NCBI GenBank assembly: GCA_038087875.1
Contig: CM075990.1
Coordinates: 15,812,001-15,876,000 of the forward strand
DNA: 64,000 bases
From: Malacoraja senta
Lineage: Eukaryota
Reading direction: 5' to 3'
The translations under genes were made by a program, and so were the position numbers. Of this stretch, positions 24,730 through 37,230 are shown piece by piece (within the stretch, counting starts at the first letter, position 1; the number at the start of each line of letters is the position of its first letter). The notes under the pieces are model-generated. The model was not told the DNA's origin, did no database searches, and was given only the letters and a program-made list of their open reading frames with translations.

Positions 24730-25645
24730 CAATAGACGACAGACAATAGGTGCAGGAGTAGGCCATCCTGCCCTTCGAACCAGTGCCGCCATTCACTGCG
24801 ATCGTGGCTGATCATCCCCAATCAGTAGCCCGTTTGCCACGCAAGCCCAAGAGCTGCTCTGCACAACACCGGCTGACGCTTCTAAGGCAGCCTGGGTCAA
24901 GACGAGATGGAGAGACCAGTGGAAGTCAGCGGGAACCATCTAGGCTGCACCGTTACATCGATGACCCCATGGACGTCCCTGGCCAGGACCTGCCCCGAAA
25001 GCAGTGGACAACCCTCAACCGCTTGAGGACAGGCATCGGACGCTATGGAGTAGCGATGAAGAGGTGGGGCCTCGTGGACAGCGCCTCCTGCGAGTGTGGG
25101 GACCCAACACAGACAGTGGAGCACATAGTCACCAGTTGCCCAAACACCGGCCACCGGATGGTGAACGAGGTGTGATTGACCTGGACGATGACACGTTGGC
25201 CTGGCTCGCCTCAACGGAGCTGCAGGTCTAAAAGACACACGACAGAAGAAGAAGTACCCTGTTCCTGCCTTCTCACCATATCCCCTGACTCCGCTATCTT
25301 TAAGAGCTCTATCTCGCTCTCTCTTGAAAGCATCCAGAGAATTGGCCTCCACTGCCTTCTGAGGGAGAGAATTCCACAGATTCACCACTCTGTGTGAAAA
25401 AGTGTTTCCTCATCTCCGTTCTAAATGGCTTACCCCTTATTCTTAAACTGTGGCCCCTGGTTCTGGACTCTCCAAACATCGGGAACATGTCTCCTGCCTC
25501 TAGCGTGTCCAAACCCTTAATAATCTTGTATGTTTCAATAAGATCCTTTCTCATCCTTCTAAACTCCAGAGTATACAAGCCCAGTTGCTCCATTCTATCA
25601 ACATACGACAGTCCCGCCATCCCGGGAATTAACCTCATGAACCTT
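24730..25645 (-). mobile_element. CR1 3' fragment interrupted by a Vingi-like insert
   Basis: RLIPGMAGLSY..LEFRRMRKDLIETYK; halves join at ccaatcagta|ccctgttcc. Confidence 0.8.
24828..25252 (+). mobile_element. Vingi/Ingi-like (I group) LINE 3' fragment
   Basis: WTTLNRLRTGIGR..WG..CECGDPTQTVEHIVTSCP (C-terminal CCHC knuckle); (gaa)n tail. Confidence 0.7.
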
Positions 25646-26324
25646 AGTGTTGTAGAGTCACGCTGTATGACTCTATGACACTCACCAATGCACTTATCGC
25701 TTGGGATGTGGAAGCAAACTGGGGAATCCGTGATCACTGGGAGAGTTGTAACTCCGTGCAGATAGTTCCAGCGGTCAGGATTGAACCAGGAGCTGGGAGA
25801 TAGCAGCTTCCACAACTGCAACACATTGTGAGACAAAAAATTCTTCCACTCTTCTGAACTGCAAGACCCCTCCACAAACCACTCCATCAGAGCACTCCTA
25901 CTATTAACTTGTGGTGGAACACTATTTCCTCCATTGTATGGGACAATTGTATCAGCAAAATCAGAGTAGGAAACTTGATTTAAACTTGATCATTAAAAAA
26001 AATGGTAATATTCTGACGTCAAAAGCAGGTACTTCTTTAAAAAAAGATCTAGGTGTTAAGCAGACATTAAGCAGATATTAACTATCTCCCATTCAAGGTC
26101 ACTGCTCTTTCGTTTAATTAGAAATGTGAAATTTGTTGAATCTTGCAATCTACAAAACGACATATACTACACGTTAAAACCCACTGGTCCAGCACCAAGC
26201 AATCTTTGGATATAATATATTCCTGCACACAGGGAGCATCATCAGTGAAGAAAATTATCCAAAAAAGATTAGCTTTATTAAGATGGAAAGGAATCAAGGC
26301 TTGGTTCATTGGTAACTCACTGAC

Positions 26325-27150
26325 AAACTCAGTTTGTCTGTCTTTTTTTTAATTTTTGTCTAGTTAAATGTAGTTGTTTGTGTTTTTTATACAGTTTTTA
26401 ATTGTGTATATGTGGGGGCGGGGGGCGCGGGGGGAGAAGGAAACTTTAAACATCTCTTCCCTGCACGGGAGACCCGACCTTTTCCTTGTCGGGTCTCCGT
26501 TGTCGTTGGGGCCTAGCTCCGTGGAGCGGCCTCCGACCGGGACGACCTGCGGGCTCCAGTCGCGGAGCCTGTGGAGCTGCGGACTTACCATCGTGGGGCT
26601 GGCCGGCCTCGGAGCGTGAGGAGCGGTGGTGGCTCGCTGCTGCGGCCCGACTCCGGAGCTCCAGCTGCAGCTGCAGACCCGTGGACTGTGATATCGGGAG
26701 CTCGCGGGTCCGGGTGAGAGACCGCTTTCCGGAGCTCCCGCAACGCAACTTCTCCCGCCCGTGTCGCGGGGTTGGAACGACCCGGAGCGGGGCCGTAAAT
26801 CGCCCGGCGCGGCTTTAATGGCGGCGGGACATTCCAGCGCCTGCCGGGGGCTCCAACTTGTGACTTTTGGGCCCGGAGCGAGGCCGTACACCGCCCGCGC
26901 AGCCTCAACGGCCGTGGGACTTAACATTGCCCGCCTGGGGCTTCAACATCGGGAGAAAAATGGTGCAGGGGAGAGAAAAGACTTTGCCTTCCATCACAGT
27001 GAGAGGAGATTCACTGTGATGGATGTTTTTCTGTAGATTGAATTGTTTGTGTGTCGTGTAGGAATTGTTTTGTTTGTATGGCTGTGGAAATGGAATTTCG
27101 TTTGAGCCTCTTTGAGGTTCAAATGACAATAAAATCTATCTATCTATCTG
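26325..27150 (+). mobile_element. GC-rich non-autonomous retroposon
   Basis: Homologous to 3912-4730, including both hairpins; (atct)n tail. Confidence 0.7.
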
Positions 27151-28936
27151 AATATATCCGAGGCCAATTCTTAACTTCTTTAATGGAGATTTATTGCACA
27201 TTTCCTAACATGAAGCAGCTAGATTTTAGTCATTCTTATATGAGCTTCGTTGGCTTCTGGTATTTCGCATAGGACTTCACTGTTTTTTATCATTTACCAT
27301 GCTTCACAGTTGATGTTATCCTTAGCATCCTCCAAGCACAATGTTACAGTATGTGCCTCCTTGGACCTCCATAAGATGTTGTGAACAGATCAAGTAAGAA
27401 ACTCCATTTCCATGCGTCAACAACATGCAACAAAAATAATCCGTGACACTTCTGGATGTTCACCTAAAATATTTTCTAATGACGACCTCTATTGGTTTTA
27501 AACATGCAAAATTGAGCACTAACGGTCCTTTACTACATCATCCAAAGCTTCACTTGACCCTTGTAAGCTGCTATTTATTGATGCTCACCAACATCAGATC
27601 CACAATCAACATTGCCGATGTGCTGGCCGTGCTCAATGGATCAGTATCCTTAAAACTGTGCATCATTGATTCATTGACCACATAACCATAATGGTATAAC
27701 TCTGTAATACTATATTCTGCACGTTGATATTGTTCTTTGCAATAACTATTGTACTTGTAGGGCATGATTATACTTGTATTTAGTCTAATTTGACTGGTTA
27801 GCATGCAAATTAAGATTTTCACTCTATCTTGAAATTCATGATAATAATAAAGCAATACTCAACAGTACAATAAATATATTGGATTGACGTATTGGATTGG
27901 GGTCAATCTCAAACCTTGTCCACCACTATCTATATAGAGTCATACGGCATGGTAACAGGCCCTTTGGCCCAATTTGTGCATGCTGACCCCCTAAGATGCC
28001 CCATCTACAATAGTCCACCTGCTAGTGCCATTGTGCTACCTTAATGCCAAGAGTATTTCTTGAAGTGGTTTCATTTTCCCGTCCATTAACCCTTGGGGAT
28101 AATTAATGAATGTGATTAACCGGTGATGATGAGTGCCAGGCTGGAGAGGGGGGATCATGCATCTTTCATTAGTTCTGCAAGTGATCATCAAAATAGGAGC
28201 TCACATGAAACTGGTCATTCAGAAGCAAGCGACCCTGCCTTCGACCCTGCCTTCTGCTTCATCTAATTGGCAGCATGCAGAGCGCCATCCCGCTGTGACA
28301 GCAAACTCTTTTTAGAAAAAAGATGTACAGTGACTTTTTTCTTTAGTTAAATATTTAAACATCGTGAAGTTCAAAGCCCCATGTCGTACGGTGAGCACAG
28401 GATAAAGCCAGAAAATAAACGACGTTTAATTGCCGTTACACAGTCACGGAGGTATGTGGTACGATCACAACAGTAAGGATAGGTTCCAGGGAGCAAAGTT
28501 CAAATCCCACCTCCAAGGTCTCAGTTGTGAACCCAGTTTTTCAACAACTTTTATGCAGAGGAATGAAGGGTTTAAAGTGAGAGTGGAAAAATTCAATAGC
28601 ATCTTTTTGTCTGTACGGAGTTTGGATGTTCCCCCTGTGACCGCGTGGTTTTTCTCCGGGTACTCCGGTATTTCCTCCCACATTCCAAAGACGTGCACGT
28701 TTGCAGGTTCATTGGGGACAGACATGCATTATCTTTCTGCTGACCGAGTAACATGTAACAAAAGCTGTTCACTGTACCTCGGTACACGTGGCAATAAACT
28801 AAACTGAAACTAGACACAATCGCTGGAGTACCTCTGCGGGTCAGGCAGCATCTCTAGGGGAAAGCAATAGGTGATGTTTCGGGTCGAGACCCTTAAACCA
28901 GACAGGTTAATTGGCTTCTGTAAATTCCCCCTTGTG

Positions 28937-29403
28937 AAAGGTCCTATAACCCCCACAATTAAAATGTGGATTGTGGAAATGTCAGAGACCCTACATCTAG
29001 AAAGAATTAGACTTGTCTTAATGGACAAACAAGAACTTTTTGTTAAAATATGGGCTCCATTCATTAACTATTTGAAGGGATAGATGGGCCCAGCACGAAA
29101 ACCCAACTGAAGCTTGAACTCAGGATTAGATGTAAAATTATATTTCATAACCTACGAACTTATCTCCAATGACGTATTATAAGTAACTCATTCCACCGCT
29201 TTTTTTTCGATATTTGAAATGCTTTTTTCTTTCTACCTCTCTTTTTCTATCTATATTTAAAAAAAACACTAGAAGCAGTATTAATCGACAATTGACAATT
29301 TAAATAATGTATGATTGATGTATATGGTTTTTTTTCTATTATAATATGTTACTATACTTTATAATATGTTTGCTTCTAATAAAAATATTAATCAAAAAAA
29401 AAA
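28937..29403 (+). mobile_element. L1/Tx1-like LINE 3' fragment with polyA and TSD, inserted in a V-SINE
   Basis: PTIKMWIVEMSETLHLERIR..FVKIWAPFINYL*; aataaa and A-run; aaat(t/a)cccccttgtg at 28922-28936 and 29402-29416. Confidence 0.8.
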
Positions 29404-30329
29404 ATACCCCCTTGTGTGTAGATTAGAACTAGTGTACGATCACTGGAGTCGTGTATGCATGGACTCGGTGGGCCGAAGGGCCTTTTTCCACACTGTATCC
29501 CTAAACTAAACTAAGGAAGGTGGCGGTCATTTGAAACGAGCGGCCAGAGAAGGTAGCAGCGGCAGGTACAAGAACAACATTAGGACAGGTACATGGATAG
29601 GAAAGGTTTAGAATGATATGGACAAAACACATGCTGGTGGGACGAACCTAGATGGAGCAGCTTGGTCAGCATGGACAAGCTGAGCCAAAGGCCGCCTTTC
29701 TATGCTGTATGACGCTATGAAGCTATGACTACAACAATTTCCCTCAGAAAATATTAATCATGATTAATGCAAATTAATAAAATCCTCTCCTGAGGAAACA
29801 TTAGAGAAACTATTGATTTTTATGACTACTAATTATCTTGCCACAAGCTGACTGCCTTTCAAACCCACTGCATCATTATCTTCCAAAATATTTACAAAAG
29901 AAAATTCCTTTCAAGTCCATTTCTCACCAATCTCTTCAATTTTTATTGTATTTCATGACTCTTTGATCAATGAAGTGTCCGATAGATACAGTCTGATAAG
30001 TAAAACATTTAATGGGGTCAAGGAAAGAGTGTTCATGTCGCAGCCCTCTTTCCACCACCATGCACAAGAAGTGATAAGACAGTCACCATTGTATGCAGAT
30101 GCCGAGAAGTGTGGTCAGCTCTGGCTGAACAACTTCTAATCTTGTGTTTGGACTCGATAAGAAGAAGAACATTCAATGCCACAGCTGGACAAACTGCAAT
30201 GCAATATCAATGTAACTATTTGCTGAGATGGGTAATGCTTTCTTCACTTCTTTTGTCAATTGGACATTACCAGACTGGTTAATGTCCAATTGAACAAATA
30301 TGCGGAATTAACAAGGTGAATGTTACATT

Positions 30330-30520
30330 CATGTATAAAAGGTGGCAGGTCATGTTGCAGTATTATAAGACGATGGTGAGGTTGCATATAGAGTGTTGTG
30401 TTCAGTTCTGGGCACCATGTTACAGGAAAGATGTTGTCAAGTTGGAAAGGGTCCAGATAAGATTTACGGGGATGTTGCCAGGACTCAAGGGTCTGAGCTA
30501 TAGGGAGAGGTTGAGCAAGT
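30330..30520 (+). mobile_element. Old CR1 ORF2 fragment
   Basis: VRLHIECCVQFWAPCYRKDVVKLERVQIRFT. Confidence 0.7.
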
Positions 30521-31052
30521 CAAGCAGCATGTGTGGAGGGAAAAATATGCATGTGGATCTAGATCAGATGCAGGCAGGTGAGATTAGTTCAGCATTGACA
30601 TTGCGGGACAAAGAGCCTGTTCCTGCCTGTACTGTAAAATTCCATATTCTGGACAAGGATGAGTCACATTGTCGCAGTGTTGCTTTAGACAGAAGCATGG
30701 TGGCAGACCTGAATTTTAATAGTCCAAGGTGTATCGATTTGGAGCACCAGTGCATTCACAAGATTGACTTCTACACAAGTCACACAGAGGCAAAGATGAA
30801 AGTGACCATGTCCTATCACAGCCCCACGAACTCTCACATTCTTCCAAGGAGTTTCCTTTGAGAATTCCACCTGGAAACCAAATTCCAACTGTCATCATTT
30901 CTACAGCAAGAAAAATGTCCTAAATTGGACCTAAATTCAACCTTCACCAATTTGTTGGGATCCATGTTCTGCATTATTTATTTATGGCATTGCACAGCTA
31001 TCTCCAAGTTATTTTCTTTGAAGATAATACATCAGGTCAACACAGTAGCTTG

Positions 31053-31325
31053 GGGTGGCACGGTGGCGCAGCGGTAGAGTTGCTGCCTTACAACGCCAGA
31101 GACCCGGGTTTGATCCTGACTACAGGTGTTGTCTGTACGGAGTTTGTACGTTCTCCCTATGACTGTGTGAGTTTTCTCCGAGTCCTCTGGTTTCCTCCCA
31201 CACTACATGATGTACAGGTTGAGGTTAATTGGCTTCTGTAAATTGCAATTTGTGTGTGTATAGGATAGTGCTAGTGTTACAGGGTGATCACTGGTCAGCA
31301 CAGTGGGCTGGCGGGCCAACTGTTT
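31053..31325 (+). mobile_element. HE1-like V-SINE
   Basis: A box tggcgcagcgg, B box, V domain. Confidence 0.8.
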
Positions 31326-31699
31326 GTTATATCAAACAACCTCTGATCTAGGCAGCCTTCTGGTAAATCTCGTCTGCATCATCTTCAAAGCTTCCACGTT
31401 GTTCTTGTAATGGGGCGACCAGAACCTCACACAACATCCCATATGCGGCCAAACCAAATTTTTATAAAGCTGCATAAAGACTTTCTGAATGCTTCAACAG
31501 AGTCATAGAGTGATACAGTGTGGAAACAGGCCCTTCGGCCCAATCATAGTGTCATAGAGTGATACAGTGTGGAAACAGGCCCTTCAACCCAACTTGCCCA
31601 CACCGGCCAAATGTCCCAGCTACACTAGTCCCACCTGCCTGCACCTGGTCCATATCCCTCCAAACGTGTCCTACCCATGTATACTGACCACCTTCTTCC

Positions 31700-32708
31700 C
31701 CTCTGTCGCTCAAAGCAAAACTGGCAAAGTCTATAGCAATATTGGGAAAATCAAGACACATTCTGGACCACAAATCATTACATACTCTGTATAATACACT
31801 CATATTGCCATATCTGAGTTACTGTGTGGAAATATGGGGTAACACCTACAAAACCAACCTACAGCCGTTATGCACATTACAAGAAAGAGCAATAAGAATT
31901 ATCAATAACGTTGGATATCTTGAACATACCAATTTATTATTCTTAAAGTCACATACACTGAAGTTCACCGATCTGGTTACATTTAAGACTGCGCAAATCA
32001 TGTACAAAGCAAGAAATTATTTACTTCCAAGAAATATACAAAAACTGTTTATGGAAAGACAGGGTGGGTATAATTTGAGAGGGGAACATAATTTTAAAAA
32101 ACTCAATGTCAGAACAACTCTTAAAAGTATGTGCATAGCAATCTGTGGGGTGAATTTGTGGAATGGTCTGGAACAGGAGATACAACTTAGCACAAACATA
32201 ATTCAGTTTAAGAAGGTGTACAAAAACACTTTTTTTAAAGGATATTGGGATAGGTGATTGTGTGGGATATTTGTTATACTGATTGTGTTGGGAAGGGTGA
32301 TTATGAGGTGATGGGTTGTTTATATGACTAAGAGATACTGTATAGTATATGAGGGTTTTTCTTTTCTTTTTTCTTTTTTTCTCTCTTTTTTTGTATGGCT
32401 TTGTAAATATTTGATTAGTGTATAAATGTAAATAATTTGGTGTACATATAGCTGCTGGTGTACATATGGTGTACATATAGCTGCTAAATTTGTATAAGAT
32501 AATTATAAGCAGTTGAATAAGGGGTGGGAATTAATAAGCGTTGGCTTCTTCCTGCTCCTTTTCGGACACATACGATTTCATTTATTTATAGATATTGTTT
32601 ATGACACTTTATAAATATTCTTGTTTTGGGTTTTTTGTATGCTGTTTCACACTTGCTTTTTATTATTTTATTCTGTTCGAAATAAAGAATTAAAGAAATA
32701 AATAAATA
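31700..32708 (+). mobile_element. CR1-group (Crack/Daphne/L2-like) LINE 3' fragment
   Basis: LYNTLILPYLSYCVEIWGNTY..LQERAIRII..YNLRG..GVNLWNGL; AT-rich 3' UTR ending (aaat)n. Confidence 0.75.
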
Positions 32709-32879
32709 TCTCCTTGTATTGCTAGTTTCAGGGAATTATGGGTCTTGGACCCCAAGATCCCCTCTGTACATACATGATGTTAAGGGACTTGCCATTACAC
32801 TGTGGACGGCTTGATTGTAACCATGTGTAGCCTTTGATGCTGACTGGATAACTAGCAACAAAAAAGGCATTTCATTGTA

Positions 32880-33705
32880 TCAAGTCAAGTTTCCTTTATT
32901 GTCATTCAGACCTTTCGGTCTGAACGAAATTGTGATGCCTGCAGTCATACACAGAACCAATAATAACAAAACATACAATAAACACAAATTAAACATCCAC
33001 CACAGTGAGTTCACCAAGTACACCCTCACTGTGATGGAGGCAAAGTCTTAGTCTCTGTCTCTTCCCTCCTTGTTCTCCCTCTGCGCTGAGGCGATTGATC
33101 CAGGCCGAAGATGCCGCCCTCCAGTCCAGCGGACCTCCGTGGTGATGTCGCCGCCGCCGAAAGCCGGAACGCCGTCTCCGCTGCGAGACGGCCCGCCACA
33201 GCATCAGCTCCGGGTCCCGCAATCTCCGCTCCGGGCCGCTGTATCAGCTCCGGGTCCTGCAGTCTCCACTCCGGACCCCGCTGTATCAGCTCCAGGTCCC
33301 GCAGTCTCCGCTCCGGACCCCGCTGTATCAGCTCCAGGCTGCCGCCGAAAGCCAGAACGCCGCACCAGCAAGTCGGGCCACCGCTGCCTCAGCCCCGAAG
33401 ACGGCCAGCATCTCGTTGGTAAGTCCTGGCTGGCTCTGCCTCCGTAGCCTTGGAGTCGGTCGCAGGATGGAGGCGGCCAGCTCCGCCATTAGGCCTCACC
33501 GCAGACGGAGGCAGGGGAGGGGGATACGACACGAAAAAGTCGCATTCCCCCGAAGGAGGAGACAGAGGACATGTTTCTCCCCCCCTAACACAACCCAACA
33601 AACTAAAACTTAACAAAACAAGACAAAAAAAAACAACAGAAAAAAGTAAAAACAGACGGACTGCAGGCGAGCCGCAGCCGATTAACAGCGCTGCCACTTC
33701 CGGAA
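32880..33705 (-). mobile_element. GC-rich non-autonomous retroposon with internal ~42-bp tandem repeat
   Basis: Leader ctgcagtccgtctg shared with the 3912 copy; cacagtg hairpin; (acttg)n tail; repeat at ~33205-33340. Confidence 0.65.
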
Positions 33706-35507
33706 ACGAGTGGCAATCAACAAAACTAAACTAAACAAGGTGCAGAACCTCACACCTGCAATATCTTGGTGACTCCCTGGAATGACAAATAAAGGAATCT
33801 CGAATCTCGAATCTCGAATCTCGAATATAATGCAATAGCAAAGAATTCCTGAGAAGTGTCTCAGTTTCAACAACTCAAACTATTTAATCAGTAGAAAACC
33901 TGTAATGTTTTCATTTCAACATCAGAGTGAACAAGTTGTATTACCCGGACCATTAAAATAAAACATTGACCTCCCCTTCCATTCCTCATTATTTAAGGAA
34001 CATTTGGATTTGGATAGTTGTCCTGTGCTGTACAATACTATGCTGACTGTCCCTTGAGATTATAAAGTGCTGCCATTAAAATGCTCATCCATGTGCTGAA
34101 TGAATGAAGTTCATGGCTGATGCATTAAAATGAAATTGCCCGATCTGACCATGTCAAAGTTAGCCAGACAAATTCACCACTGGAGATCTTTCTCATTGGA
34201 ACAAATGAATAAACTTCATTTAAGAAACTAATGAATAAACAAGAGACCATGCTGGACCAAAAAGAAACTTGGATTACAGATTGCTATTGAACATTTAACT
34301 GTTACGTTAATTACCCAGCAAGGGAATTAAATAAAGCAACATTCTGCACCCACTTGTCTTATTATGACCACAATCAGTCTAAAGAAGGGTCCCAAACTGA
34401 AACATCATATATCCATGTCCTTGAGAGATGCTGCCTGACCTGCTGAGTTAATACTCCAGTACCTTGTGTCATTTTCTGCCCTATGAAGGAACCATTTAAG
34501 AAGATTGCTGTTGGAATTTCCACCAACCTCCCTCTGACTGACCTTCAACGAGTTACGTCGCAAGCAACACATGCAAAATGATGAGGCTGCAGATCCATTT
34601 CTCAACTCCTATAGCTTTGACCAGATCGAAAGCATTTAACAGGTTTAGTAATGTGTGTCTTCTGAAATACGTAGCCTGCCCGCCAGCCATTTAAGATGCT
34701 ACTGTGCACAAAACAATCATGTTTCATAGCTGCCTTGTGCTGCTGCAAAAGTGTAGCGGGTGGAAAATATATCTAATTATGTGTATTACCAAGTATAAAT
34801 CTACTGTGCCATCTGGTCTGGCTGCAATGATTAACGATTGGTTTTGCTCCTTCTGAAAGACTCGCCTTGTGATTGGATCTCTCCTGATCAAGGCTGCATC
34901 AGCCCATTGAATTTACAGCCAAATTGTTTTAAAAATGGCAAGTGTTTACATTGCAAAAACAGGATGGCAACAGAAACTAAACTGGTAAAGCTGATGTAGT
35001 CCTTTACGCACTTATACACCAGGAACAGCGTCAGATTGCTGGCCCACCAAGAAGCACATCACTCTATCTGTCGTCATTTGCAACATTGCCATCTATTCCA
35101 TTGTACCTTCCCGACACCATGTGTGACACTGCTGTTGTGCTGGCTCCACTATTAAGGATAATCTTAACAGATACCTTGTACCTGTAAGATTCTAGTAATA
35201 GTCAACTCTTCAGGCTTACATGCACAGCATTGTTGAGATCTTTCTCCCTCATTCATATATGTTGGGTGCAGTAGATAATGGCAGCTAAGTTATGGCACAG
35301 GTGGACAAGAAGCATCTCAGTTCCTCATCCAGAGATGGATGTTGTGATTTGTGTTTCATATACTCTGGAAGTGCAAGCAGTGATATCATGTCATGGAGAA
35401 CACAAAGTGACGGAGCTGTTCCTCCATGCCGCCCTTGTTTCCTTCAACCACTCTCCTCAAGTCCCAGCTGTCCACCATTTAGAAGTTAACCTGATGTTTC
35501 TCCCTTC

Positions 35508-35745
35508 AGGGCCTGTCCCACTTGGCGATTTTTTCGGCGACTGCCGGCATCATTGACTGACGTATCAGGTCACCGAAAAAGTCACGGTGTGGTGACGTTT
35601 TGACGCGCGGTGTTTCCTCAAGAGTCGCGACATTTTTTTTTGTCGCCGCTGGATTTTGAAATGTTCAAAATCTTTCGCCGACCCTGATACGTCAGTGAAT
35701 GACGCCGGCAGTCGCCAAAAAAAATCGCCAAGTGAGACAGGCCCT
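35508..35745. mobile_element. Palindromic PIF/Harbinger-like MITE
   Basis: Long TIRs agggcctgtcccacttggcgattttt..cggcgactgccggc and their reverse complement. Confidence 0.8.
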
Positions 35746-36334
35746 TTATGATCGCAGGGATATTTCTCAACACAGAATTCTACCTGCCACAGATTTTTAC
35801 TGATCCCATCAATATTGCACCCATCCCCCACCAACTGCAGACTTTCTGTGACAAAATCCTTGGAATTGTGTGAGAAGCAATATTTCAACTTCAATCACTG
35901 CAGCCCTCTACTATAACTTAACACACCCTGGCACCATGCTCATAAATCTGTTAATCACACTTGATTTCACCTGCATTCTCTAAACGCTTCATGGTTTGTT
36001 GCCTAATGGAGTAAGTCAATTTATAATTACAGCTGCTGACTTCAGAGTTTAATTATTTCTGGTACAAACCAAATGCCATTCAACCTCCCTTTTACAATAA
36101 AGTGGAAAGCAAAACAAATTCCCTCTAACCTGACAAGCTATACAAATGATGAGGCATTCCATGATTAATAGCATGGGATTCCCACCACGTTCTCCTGTCT
36201 TCTCCAAAGTGTAACAACACCCCAATTTGTACGGGTTAAACCAAAAGCATAAGTGTTACAAATACGCAGGAGAAGTGAAACCAGTCCAATAGCTCCATTG
36301 AAGTTTTATAGTGCTGAATCGCCCCTTCAATGAG

Positions 36335-36685
36335 AGACACAAAATGCTGGAATAACTCAGCTGTTCTGAGCAGCATCTCTGGAGAAAAGGAATAGGTGAC
36401 GTTTCGGGTCAAGACCCTTCTTCTGACTGAGAGTCAGTCGGGAGGGAAACTAGAGGCGTGAAAAGGTGCAATGAACAATGGAATGAAAGGTATGAAAAGA
36501 ACAAATCAAAGCCAGCAACGATGATGAAGGAAAGGTAGAGTCCACAGTCCATTTTTTGGCTGTGGAAAAGGTGAAATGTCACCTATTCCTCCTCTCCAGA
36601 GATGCTGCCTGACCCACTGAGTTATTTCAGCATTTTGTGTCTATCTGCGGTGTAAACCAGCATTTGTTGAATCTTCCGACACATG
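36335..36685. mobile_element. Fold-back Penelope-terminus element
   Basis: Inverted arms around Penelope 3' UTR sequence; degenerate hammerhead on the - strand at ~36398-36426. Confidence 0.65.
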
Positions 36686-36924
36686 AATCACCCCCTTCAT
36701 CGTTCAGTCATTCTCTGATCCCCTGACTTTAGTCCTGCCAGCAGGATGTGGAAGTCGGAGAACAGAAACAGTGAATGATTGACTCCACTGGGACATTTGC
36801 AAGGCCATGGCCTTCGAAGATTCTTTGGTATGAAACATTAGCTCTGTTCCTTCATCCGAAGTGGAGTCTGATGAAGGGTCTTTGACCTAAACTGTTAGTT
36901 CAGTTGCAGTCTTTACAGGTTTTT

Positions 36925-37230
36925 TTTAGAGCTACACCCTGGAAATAGGCTCTTCAGCCCACTGAGTCCTCGCTGACCATCCATCACCTGTTCACACTAG
37001 TCCTAGGTTATGTAAATTTCACACCCATTCCCGACACACTAGAGGCAATTTACAGAGACCAATTAGCCTCAACCTCAACCTCCGTAAGTACTTTGGGATG
37101 TGGAAGGAAACCGGAGCACTTGGAGGAAATCCACATGGTCACAGGAAAAAAGTACAAACCCTGCACAGACAGCACCCGAGGTCAGGATCGAACCCGGGTC
37201 TCTGGCGCTGTGAGGGCACAGCTCTACACC
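36925..37230 (-). mobile_element. HE1-like V-SINE
   Basis: ggatcgaacccgggtctctggcgctgtgag and reverse-complemented V domain. Confidence 0.75.
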
